31,917 nt of DNA from positions 132,381 to 164,297 of the IMG/VR virus record IMGVR_UViG_2595698877_000001; one strand, given 5' to 3'. This document shows positions 24,360-31,613 of the stretch, piece after piece (the first letter of the stretch is position 1; each line of letters starts with the position of its first letter). Source of the DNA: a virus (Duplodnaviria > Heunggongvirae > Uroviricota > Caudoviricetes > Herelleviridae). The position numbers and the translations under genes were made by a program. The notes beneath the pieces are model-generated. The model made no database searches. It worked only from the letters and a program-made list of their open reading frames with translations, and was not told the DNA's origin.

Positions 24360-24719
24360 ATGACAGTACAATTACACACATACGAAGATAAGGTTATTAC
24401 ATTCAATAAAGAAAGATTGACTGATTTCGTAGTCAATACATGGGGATTTTCAAGTTTAAATGACTTCTTAAGTGATTACACGTTCGATGATACGGAAGAA
24501 CTAGCAAGAAACAAATACCTATTAGTTACTGATATGAATGTATTAACATGTAAAAATGGAGAAAGTACAATACGTTTAGACATATACGAAGATGGAGAGG
24601 CATACATAGGTGTACATTGTAATGAAACAGATAGAGGTTTTACAGTGAATACCGACGAAGAAACAATGGTTAAAATTGCTGAATACATCTTATTGAAGAC
24701 AAAACGAACAATGAAATAA
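24360..24719 (+). CDS. acidic hypothetical protein
   Basis: 119 aa ORF; RBS AAAGGGAG. Confidence 0.8.
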   Translation: MTVQLHTYEDKVITFNKERLTDFVVNTWGFSSLNDFLSDYTFDDTEELARNKYLLVTDMNVLTCKNGESTIRLDIYEDGEAYIGVHCNETDRGFTVNTDEETMVKIAEYILLKTKRTMK

Positions 24720-24734
24720 ATAAAAAAATAGTTG

Positions 24735-24763
24735 TTGACTTTCAGTAAAAGATAGTTTAAAAT
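24735..24763 (+). promoter_or_regulatory. sigma-A-type early promoter (74 bp cassette family)
   Basis: TTGACT-17-TAAAAT. Confidence 0.82.
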
Positions 24764-24796
24764 GAAATTAACTTAAATAAAGGGAGATGTTTTATA

Positions 24797-25138
24797 ATGA
24801 CAAACTACAATTATTATTCACAAAATGGATTAAGAGGCGAATTACATGTAATATCAGAGGATAAACTTATTTATAAAGTTGAATCATACCGTCAATTAGA
24901 TAGTTCGGAAATAGGTTATGTATACAATCTTGAATTGGTGGCGGGATATGATTACATTGATATTGATTACAGCGACATGCAAGGCTATGTATCTAAAGAG
25001 AACTATGTGGAAGATATTCACCTTGAGCAAATCACGTTTTACCCTATGTCAGAGACATTAACAGAGGCGTTGGGGGATAACGGCTACGAAGTGATTGACA
25101 TAAATGATTACAAGATACACCAGTTTAAAGGGTGTTAG
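24797..25138 (+). CDS. acidic Tyr-rich hypothetical protein
   Basis: 113 aa ORF; RBS AAAGGGAG. Confidence 0.8.
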   Translation: MTNYNYYSQNGLRGELHVISEDKLIYKVESYRQLDSSEIGYVYNLELVAGYDYIDIDYSDMQGYVSKENYVEDIHLEQITFYPMSETLTEALGDNGYEVIDINDYKIHQFKGC

Positions 25139-25165
25139 GCGCTCATACAGAGCGTTTAACCCTTT
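25127..25165 (+). terminator. probable terminator hairpin
   Basis: AAAGGG(TG)TTAGGCGCTC-ATACA-GAGCGTTTAACCCTTT. Confidence 0.55.
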
Positions 25166-25248
25166 GTAATACAAATAGTCTAGAAATAAAGTAAGAACGT
25201 TGTAAGAGGCTGTGAAGAGCCTTAAAATAAATAATAGAGGTGTTATAA

Positions 25249-25446
25249 ATGAAAATGACAATGTTAAACAGAGATGTAAAAGCTATTGAAAATGGTATGC
25301 GTAAGTATAATACGAACGAACAAGGATTACTTGAAATTGTTAACGGTTGGATAGAAGATAATAAGCAGGATGAAGGGAAACCGCAATACAAACAATTACT
25401 ACACTTTAGAGATTGTGTTATAACTTACATCGAATGGCACAATTAA
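25249..25446 (+). CDS. hypothetical protein
   Basis: 65 aa ORF; SD AGAGGTG. Confidence 0.75.
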   Translation: MKMTMLNRDVKAIENGMRKYNTNEQGLLEIVNGWIEDNKQDEGKPQYKQLLHFRDCVITYIEWHN

Positions 25447-25455
25447 AAATAGTTG

Positions 25456-25484
25456 TTGACTTTTAGTAAAATAAGGTTTAAAAT
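25456..25484 (+). promoter_or_regulatory. sigma-A-type early promoter (74 bp cassette family)
   Basis: TTGACT-17-TAAAAT. Confidence 0.82.
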
Positions 25485-25516
25485 GAAATTAACTTAAATA
25501 AAGGGAGCTGTTAATT

Positions 25517-25771
25517 ATGGAAAGATTAACTTTTGAACAATGGAAAGATGTATTTAGAAATGTTGAAGATATCAACAATGATTTAAAGGCGGAGGGCATG
25601 GAAGAAGAGTCTTTAGAAGTTGTATGGCTAGAAAGTACTAATGAATATGTAATTGCAAGCGGTTGTGAAGTAATAGAAGATGAATTTAAAACAGAATACG
25701 ACGCACAAACGCGACTTGATGAGATGGAAAGCAAATATCATGAATATATGGAAAGTCTACCAAAAGCATAA
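25517..25771 (+). CDS. acidic hypothetical protein
   Basis: 84 aa ORF; RBS AAGGGAGCTG. Confidence 0.8.
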   Translation: MERLTFEQWKDVFRNVEDINNDLKAEGMEEESLEVVWLESTNEYVIASGCEVIEDEFKTEYDAQTRLDEMESKYHEYMESLPKA

Positions 25772-25787
25772 CACAGGGGGCGGGAAT

Positions 25788-26045
25788 ATGGACTACAAAA
25801 CAATGAACGCGGTTGAGTTATTAGAAGAGAATCTAATCACAATGGAAAGCACAAAAGAGCTATTAGAAATGCAAATGTTGAACGCACAAGAAAGATACGA
25901 ATACTATATAACAGGTCAACACAAACTGGAAATGATTGCGCTTGTTACAAAAGAAATTAAGGCTATTAAATCACATATGTTAACAGTAGAATTGCAATTA
26001 AAACAACTAAGCTCACTTATTAGAATACTAAAGGGTGAAAATTAA
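25788..26045 (+). CDS. helical hypothetical protein
   Basis: ATG 25788 after AGGGGGCGGG, within ORF-track 25680..26045. Confidence 0.72.
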   Translation: MDYKTMNAVELLEENLITMESTKELLEMQMLNAQERYEYYITGQHKLEMIALVTKEIKAIKSHMLTVELQLKQLSSLIRILKGEN

Positions 26046-26046
26046 A

Positions 26047-26238
26047 ATGAATACAACTATTATGAATGTAAAAGAGTATAATAAGGCGCGTGAACTTGTC
26101 AAACTACATAAGGAGGGTGAATATACACAACTAGCTTTTAAAATAGCTGTTATATATGATACACAAGATTTTAGATATATATCGAATGTTATGGAAATGT
26201 ATGTTAAAGAGACAGGCGGGGCGGTTAATGGATATTAA
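26047..26238 (+). CDS. hypothetical protein
   Basis: ATG 26047 after AAGGGTG. Confidence 0.72.
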   Translation: MNTTIMNVKEYNKARELVKLHKEGEYTQLAFKIAVIYDTQDFRYISNVMEMYVKETGGAVNGY

Positions 26239-26413
26239 CGAAATCATTATAACAGGCGCTATAGGGCTTACATGCGTTGTTAGTGCCTGTTATAGTACTT
26301 ACATAATAGGATACAATAAAGGCGTATCAGCGACGCAAAAAGCCGTTACAAGGCTAATAGAGGATGAAATAAAAGAAATCGATACAAAGAAGGGCGAAAT
26401 AACTTTTAAATAG
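26228..26413 (+). CDS. small single-TM protein
   Basis: ATG 26228 after GGCGGGG; IIITGAIGLTCVVSACY hydrophobic stretch; stop is the TAG of AAATAG. Confidence 0.72.
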   Translation: MDINEIIITGAIGLTCVVSACYSTYIIGYNKGVSATQKAVTRLIEDEIKEIDTKKGEITFK

Positions 26414-26416
26414 TTG

Positions 26417-26446
26417 TTGACTTTTAGAAAACATACATGATACAAT
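26417..26446 (+). promoter_or_regulatory. sigma-A-type early promoter (18 bp spacer)
   Basis: TTGACT-18-TACAAT with TG. Confidence 0.78.
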
Positions 26447-26476
26447 AAGGGTAACTTAATAAGGGAGCTGGTAAAC

Positions 26477-26656
26477 ATGATAGGCTATGTTAACTACTGT
26501 ATTTTCAAAAAGAAGTATGACTTACATGTAATTTGTTTAGGTGAAGAGGTTGAAAGCTTTAGCAACTTATCACACAAGGAAATGAAAGAGATAACAAGCA
26601 ATAAACCGCATGTTATGTGGATGTACCCAGAAGAGTTCGGAAATAGTTCATATTAA
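26477..26656 (+). CDS. 59 aa hypothetical protein (absent from ORF track)
   Basis: RBS AAGGGAGCTG, first gene after a promoter. Confidence 0.75.
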   Translation: MIGYVNYCIFKKKYDLHVICLGEEVESFSNLSHKEMKEITSNKPHVMWMYPEEFGNSSY

Positions 26657-26718
26657 AAATAGGGGCGCTCTAGTACAGGGCGCTCACTATAAAACAAATT
26701 AAAGGGAGCTGTTATACA

Positions 26719-27009
26719 ATGTCAATTAGAGGAATGGAATACTTTTTAGAAGATACTTTTCAAGAATTAGGCGCGAGCTATAATAGACTGACAATCGCAC
26801 ATAGATATAAAATAGGTCATCCAAGTAATGAAGTTATTATATCATACGGTATCAACGGAAACAATGAAGAGGAATATAAGTTATATACAGGTAATGGCAA
26901 ACATACAACCGTAACAAATAGTAAAGACGTTCTGTATTTAGCTTTAGAACATGTTTTAAAGGCTTACAGCATTGATAAAAACTATAGCGCATACTTAGAG
27001 GGGGTTTAA
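26719..27009 (+). CDS. hypothetical protein
   Basis: 96 aa ORF; RBS AAGGGAGCTG. Confidence 0.78.
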   Translation: MSIRGMEYFLEDTFQELGASYNRLTIAHRYKIGHPSNEVIISYGINGNNEEEYKLYTGNGKHTTVTNSKDVLYLALEHVLKAYSIDKNYSAYLEGV

Positions 27010-27012
27010 ATA

Positions 27013-27249
27013 ATGAAAGATGTATTTACAAGACTAAAAGAAGAGAACAAAGAGTTTATTGTACCAGAGAGCGCAATTATAAAAGGTAGTCAATTAAAAG
27101 ACTTGTCAAACAATGAATTATTACATTACTACGAAAAGTTAGAAAGATGGATTTCAAAAGGCTGGAAACATGAAGGACGTTATATATTGCAAGACTATAC
27201 ACGTTATGAAATTCTAGACAGAATGAAGGGAGCTAACAATAATGACTAA
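27013..27249 (+). CDS. hypothetical protein
   Basis: 78 aa ORF; SD GAGGGGG. Confidence 0.75.
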   Translation: MKDVFTRLKEENKEFIVPESAIIKGSQLKDLSNNELLHYYEKLERWISKGWKHEGRYILQDYTRYEILDRMKGANNND

Positions 27250-27496
27250 AATAGAAGAGATTGAAAAAGGGCGTTACATGATTGTGCTATCACAAGCGGA
27301 ATTGAATACAATTTCATTACTATTAGGTAACTACGATGGAGACGACTATATCAGAGATATTGGTGAAGAGTTCGAAGACTACCCACATGAGCCGGATAAC
27401 GCAAATAACAACTACGTGACAGGCGTTAAAGCCGATGAACTATACAATGCATTCTATAAACACAGAATGCGCACAGCAGACGGAGAGGGGCGTTAA
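27242..27496 (+). CDS. acidic hypothetical protein
   Basis: 84 aa ORF; RBS AAGGGAG. Confidence 0.75.
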   Translation: MTKIEEIEKGRYMIVLSQAELNTISLLLGNYDGDDYIRDIGEEFEDYPHEPDNANNNYVTGVKADELYNAFYKHRMRTADGEGR

Positions 27497-27497
27497 A

Positions 27498-27668
27498 ATG
27501 CAATTACAATTAAAGGTTAAAATATTATTAGAAGATGGAAGAGTTTATATAAAACCAGAGGATGTAAACGAAATGGAAAGCACACTAGAAGAAATGAATA
27601 TCAAATACTTTGTAATCCCTATTAACAGCTACATGACTATGATTGAGTTAAATATAGAGGAGATGTGA
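27498..27668 (+). CDS. hypothetical protein
   Basis: ATG 27498 after GAGGGG. Confidence 0.72.
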   Translation: MQLQLKVKILLEDGRVYIKPEDVNEMESTLEEMNIKYFVIPINSYMTMIELNIEEM

Positions 27669-27672
27669 CATA

Positions 27673-27840
27673 ATGAATAAATTCTTAAGAGCAATGGAAT
27701 TAATAGAACAAGCAAACAAACTATTAACAGAGTCAGTTATGGAAAAGGAAATAACTTATGAAGACTGGGAACAAATTCATGCTAATAGTAAAAAGAGTTT
27801 AGATGCTTGTATAAGTACATATAATAAAGGAGCTGTTAAA
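27673..27840 (+). CDS. 55 aa hypothetical protein (absent from ORF track)
   Basis: SD GAGGAG; fills the gap between neighbours. Confidence 0.68.
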
Positions 27841-27842
27841 TA

Positions 27843-28100
27843 ATGAAAACAACAATACACTATGCAAACGAATATGATATGTTTGATTGGTTTAATAATA
27901 TTGCAGAAAGAAAGATAAAAGTAGAGGATATAGACGCGGGAAGTTTAATAAACATATATAAAGCATTTATTGAAGAATACAAACATGAAAAGATTTGGAG
28001 AAAAGACGTAGAGGACATCACACCAGCATTGCAGGAGGCTATTGCAGTCGTAGAATCTTATTTCATGAAACACCTACCAAACAACAAAGGAGCTGTTTAA
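27843..28100 (+). CDS. hypothetical protein
   Basis: 85 aa ORF; RBS AAAGGAGCTG. Confidence 0.78.
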   Translation: MKTTIHYANEYDMFDWFNNIAERKIKVEDIDAGSLINIYKAFIEEYKHEKIWRKDVEDITPALQEAIAVVESYFMKHLPNNKGAV

Positions 28101-28102
28101 TA

Positions 28103-28432
28103 ATGACATTCTTATCAAGTAAAGAAATATATAAAAGAAACTGTGAACTTATCGCAAAAGAATTTACAAAAGGTACTGAGTACATTGTAGAAGAAAGAGA
28201 AATGGACATAATAGGCTCATACAGATATAGAGTGAAGTTAAAACATATTGATACGGTTATACTTGTTAGTTATAATAATGAAACATATAAGTATGAGGGA
28301 TATGTACAATGCAATCACCCAGAATTTCACCAAACCTTTGATATAGAATCAGAAATAACAATGGAAATATATGATTTCATTAAAAGTAAAGTAGAAATGA
28401 TAACAAGCATACTCATATACTATAAAGACTAA
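28103..28432 (+). CDS. hypothetical protein
   Basis: ATG 28103 after AAAGGAGCTG. Confidence 0.78.
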   Translation: MTFLSSKEIYKRNCELIAKEFTKGTEYIVEEREMDIIGSYRYRVKLKHIDTVILVSYNNETYKYEGYVQCNHPEFHQTFDIESEITMEIYDFIKSKVEMITSILIYYKD

Positions 28433-28456
28433 TATATAATAAAGGAGCTGTATATT

Positions 28457-28633
28457 ATGCGACTGACTAATGAAGAACGTATTAAAAGACTATCAGAACT
28501 AGGAAAAGAAATAAATAAAGAGTATGCACTATATAAAGAAGCTCAAGATAATAATGATAGGGAAAAAGCAGAAATACACGCGGATAAATATGATATACTT
28601 ATGAATGAGAAAAGAGAACTACTATTCGATTAA
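28457..28633 (+). CDS. 58 aa charged helical protein (absent from ORF track)
   Basis: RBS AAAGGAGCTG. Confidence 0.72.
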   Translation: MRLTNEERIKRLSELGKEINKEYALYKEAQDNNDREKAEIHADKYDILMNEKRELLFD

Positions 28634-28654
28634 CATACAAGAGGAGCGAACAAG

Positions 28655-28834
28655 ATGAACATGAAAGAGTTAGCAGGTAAGAGAGTACAACATAAGGACG
28701 GAAACATATATTATATAGATAGTGCTATGCATACAAGTAATGATGTAATACTATTCTTAAGGGCGCAACCTGATACACCTATTAAGCGTACAGTCAGTTA
28801 TTTTAGAATGGATATAGAATACATAATACTATAA
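28655..28834 (+). CDS. 59 aa hypothetical protein (absent from ORF track)
   Basis: SD GAGGAG. Confidence 0.72.
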   Translation: MNMKELAGKRVQHKDGNIYYIDSAMHTSNDVILFLRAQPDTPIKRTVSYFRMDIEYIIL

Positions 28835-28851
28835 AAGGAGCTGTATATATA

Positions 28852-29049
28852 ATGAATGGTTTCGTATTAGTTAATAGAGAAGGATTAAGAGGTTTATATG
28901 TCAGATACAATGAAGACATAGAAGATATAGATATAAGGATAACTATAGGGTGTGTTGATAACGTATCAAGTGAGTTTACAATGAGCATAGAAGACTTTAT
29001 ATTCATATACGGTCATTTAGTAGAACTAGGTCATTTAGTAGAGGTATAA
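28852..29049 (+). CDS. hypothetical protein
   Basis: 65 aa ORF; RBS AAAGGAGCTG. Confidence 0.75.
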   Translation: MNGFVLVNREGLRGLYVRYNEDIEDIDIRITIGCVDNVSSEFTMSIEDFIFIYGHLVELGHLVEV

Positions 29050-29099
29050 ACCTATTATATATAATAACAACTTAAAATAAACAGACAAAAATAATTAAT

Positions 29100-29200
29100 A
29101 GAAAAAGTTAAAGCCCCAGCTTTTGTATTTGATGTCCTGCTCACACTAGAGTATATAACTTGCATCTATAAGAGGAGGCGGGGCGCGGGGTTTAATAGAG
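29100..29200 (-). ncRNA. candidate C-rich small RNA
   Basis: Minus-strand promoter upstream; 5'/3' end pairing; CCUCCUCUU anti-SD; ends in CUUUUUC. Confidence 0.3.
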
Positions 29201-29206
29201 TCATAT

Positions 29207-29235
29207 ATTATAAGGTTGAAATATAAGCAACACAA
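29207..29235 (-). promoter_or_regulatory. candidate minus-strand sigma-A promoter
   Basis: TTGTGT-17-TATAAT read on the minus strand. Confidence 0.4.
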
Positions 29236-29265
29236 AAAGACTAGTAGCCCGCTGGATTACTAGTC
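29234..29265 (-). terminator. minus-strand intrinsic terminator
   Basis: GACTAGTAGCC-CGCT-GG(A)TTACTAGTC hairpin with AAAAA on its left side (a U-tract on the minus strand). Confidence 0.65.
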
Positions 29266-29784
29266 ATCGTTACATCTATCCTTATGACAATCTTTATATC
29301 ATGGTGTATAAGTTTTTTGACAATTGAAAACATGAAGGTTATATCCTAATAGTAAGATGTGTAAGTTGTCAGAATATTATACACAATTCCGCATGTTGTC
29401 GGAAATGATATAAAGATGTCTGTAAACAGCATACAATAGGACAAGTTGTAAAAGCAAGCGGAAATAAAAGAAAAATTGTTTTGAATTATCGAATAATAGG
29501 ACAAGTTATAGTTATCAGATAACTTTATTATATGTAATAAGAGAATGATTCTAATGTGCAGAATAGTCTGACAATTAGGACAGTTCGTGCTGCTGCAATA
29601 GACAGAATAGTCAGATAACTATAATGATTATAATTTATATAATATTCTGATAATTCTAAATACTTTACAATAGTTGTCTAAATGTTCAGATAATTTAGAA
29701 TATATAATTAACTTGACAAATGGTAATGTTTATGATTGGTGGCAGTTGTACGAATAGTCTGACAATTCTGAATACATAATTAAC

Positions 29785-29813
29785 TTGACATATATAATAG
29801 AGTGTGGTATATA
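29785..29813 (+). promoter_or_regulatory. sigma-A promoter with no adjacent ORF
   Basis: TTGACA-17-TATATA with TG. Confidence 0.65.
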
Positions 29814-30028
29814 TAGGTAGCTGTTTGAATAGTGTTAATATTCAAATTGTTTATAATATTCTGACAATTTATAAATCAGGTTAAAATACAGTGAGCCGGG
29901 AAGCCTTGATATGACTAGGTTTAAGAGTCCATTTCCTCCGTATGAGCTTCTAGCAGTCTATCTAATACACTTGTGAGGGGTATGGCTTAGAAACGCTGTG
30001 AGAGGCTGTGAGAGGCTTTAAAAAAGAT

Positions 30029-30057
30029 TTGACAAATTCATAGATATATGTTATATA
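30029..30057 (+). promoter_or_regulatory. sigma-A promoter
   Basis: TTGACA-17-TATATA with TG. Confidence 0.65.
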
Positions 30058-30153
30058 CGTATACGCTTGTACATGTGTTATATAGAGGAAATAGTTATTA
30101 CAATATTCTGACAATTCTGAATAGTTAAACTTTAATTAATCGGTAATATATTG

Positions 30154-30182
30154 TTGACTAAAAGTATATAATGTATTAATCT
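30154..30182 (+). promoter_or_regulatory. sigma-A-type early promoter
   Basis: TTGACT-17-TAATCT. Confidence 0.72.
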
Positions 30183-30212
30183 AAGGTTAATCAAATAAAG
30201 GGAGCTGTTAAT

Positions 30213-30470
30213 ATGTTCAAACTAAATAAATTATTCAAAAAGCTTGTGGAACTTGGTGTGAGTCCTTATATGGTTGATGATGAAATTCACGTCGAGGGGT
30301 GCAACTGCAATATGACAATTAAAATGGAAATCGGAAGGTTTGCCCTAGATGCTTGGATGCAGGAAAAATACTTAGATGAACACGGCGCTGCAAAACGTAT
30401 TCTACATACTGATGTTGTTAGTCGTGGAGATAAGAAAATTATAGAGTTTGTAAGTGATATGTGCTTCTAA
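30213..30470 (+). CDS. hypothetical protein
   Basis: 85 aa ORF; RBS AAGGGAGCTG. Confidence 0.8.
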   Translation: MFKLNKLFKKLVELGVSPYMVDDEIHVEGCNCNMTIKMEIGRFALDAWMQEKYLDEHGAAKRILHTDVVSRGDKKIIEFVSDMCF

Positions 30471-30499
30471 AAGGTCGGCTCAATGGAGCGGGCTTTTTT
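30471..30499 (+). terminator. intrinsic terminator
   Basis: GGTCGGCTC-AATG-GAGCGGGCT followed by TTTTT. Confidence 0.75.
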
Positions 30500-30561
30500 C
30501 ACTTGTCTTAATTGTCAGAATATTTAGAATAGTTTTATTTTAATTAATTGGAATAAAGGGC

Positions 30562-30590
30562 TTGTCAACTGCGTATAATAGTATTAAGAT
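30562..30590 (+). promoter_or_regulatory. sigma-A-type promoter (upstream member of a tandem pair)
   Basis: TTGTCA-17-TAAGAT. Confidence 0.6.
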
Positions 30591-30631
30591 AAGGGTAGTT
30601 AAACGAGAGGCAAACAACTTGAAAATAGTTG

Positions 30632-30660
30632 TTGACTTTTAGTAAAGTACATATTATAAT
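30632..30660 (+). promoter_or_regulatory. sigma-A-type early promoter
   Basis: TTGACT-17-TATAAT. Confidence 0.85.
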
Positions 30661-30693
30661 AAAATTAACTTAAGAAAAGGGAGATGTTTTATA

Positions 30694-31560
30694 ATGACAG
30701 TTGTAAACGAATATAAAAATAATATCGAGGTTATCACGGAGCTTGCTACTAATAAGGAGCTAAACAATGCAATTCGACTAACTGAATATAAAGGCTTCCT
30801 AGTTACTTTAGTGAATGCATACGAGGACGTACAAAGCGGTTACTCAATCTTATGCGCTGAAGGTGATATCACGAACGCGGTTAATGAGTTAGTAAATAGC
30901 GGTCTTGTAAAAGTTAATACAGCAGAGGAAAAATATACAATCACATTCAAACATGCAAACGGTTTGGAATGCACTCGTATTGTGATAGCGACTAGTAAAG
31001 AGCATGCAACTAAACAAGTTAATGAATCATACAATCATAACGGAATCATTTCTATTGAAAAGGAGGAAAAACAAATGTTCGAATTAAACCAAGAGGTAAA
31101 CGTAGAGATTTTCAAAGGTGCTAAATTCAGTGGTAGAATCGTAGACGTTAACGCTTATCAAACGGTTATCTGGGTAGAACGTGCAGAAGATTGCGAGTGG
31201 TTTATGGTTGATGTAATGGAAGACAAAGTTGTATTCGTAGACGAAAAGGAAGAAGAGCGCGCACCAGAGGGACTAAAGACTCTTAAGGAGCTTAAAGAGG
31301 CTATTGCAGACGAATTAAAGGGTCAATGGTATGAAGAGATTGAAAGCGTAAAGGTTGCTGTATATAATAGCGATGAGGACGGAGCAGAGGTATACGACTG
31401 TGAGGTACAAATTTTACTTGACAACGGCGAGTCCATATATCCTACATTTGGCACGTTCTATAATGAAAAGGACGCGCTTGCATACGCTCGTGATATGCGT
31501 GTCAAGTTAAATCGTTCGACATATACTATCACTGATAAGGTTTGGGTATACTCTTGCTAG
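30694..31560 (+). CDS. multidomain hypothetical protein with an internal in-frame start
   Basis: 288 aa ORF; RBS AAAGGGAG; internal AAAGGAGG with ATG at 31075. Confidence 0.8.
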   Translation: MTVVNEYKNNIEVITELATNKELNNAIRLTEYKGFLVTLVNAYEDVQSGYSILCAEGDITNAVNELVNSGLVKVNTAEEKYTITFKHANGLECTRIVIATSKEHATKQVNESYNHNGIISIEKEEKQMFELNQEVNVEIFKGAKFSGRIVDVNAYQTVIWVERAEDCEWFMVDVMEDKVVFVDEKEEERAPEGLKTLKELKEAIADELKGQWYEEIESVKVAVYNSDEDGAEVYDCEVQILLDNGESIYPTFGTFYNEKDALAYARDMRVKLNRSTYTITDKVWVYSC

Positions 31561-31613
31561 TATGCCCAGCTAGTACCATATATTAAAACTACTATATAAA
31601 GGAGCTGGTATAT

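Larger units (their letters stand above)
29311..30533. repeat. array of CodY-box-like 15-mers
   Basis: Copies at 29311, 29364, 29510, 29562, 29606, 29641, 29681, 29753, 29855, 30102 and 30510, with 2-4 mismatches to AATTTTCWGAAAATT; several have partner sites offset by 9 bp. Confidence 0.7.

Noticed and set aside
29303-29385. DnaA-dependent origin (TTATACACA at 29377; one near-match at 29303)
   Set aside because: Only one perfect box was found, too few to separate from chance; kept only as an alternative reading of the repeat array.
7961-30660. Repeated ~25-74 bp units as a CRISPR array
   Set aside because: Spacing is irregular (hundreds to thousands of bp), the intervening DNA is protein-coding, and each unit has -35/-10/RBS structure.
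349-31034. Minus-strand ORFs in the track (e.g. 349..729, 2844..3116, 3949..4398, 4431..5255, 5286..5726, 21168..21536)
   Set aside because: They lie antisense to well-supported + strand genes with SD sites, and show no recognisable motifs; they are shadow ORFs.
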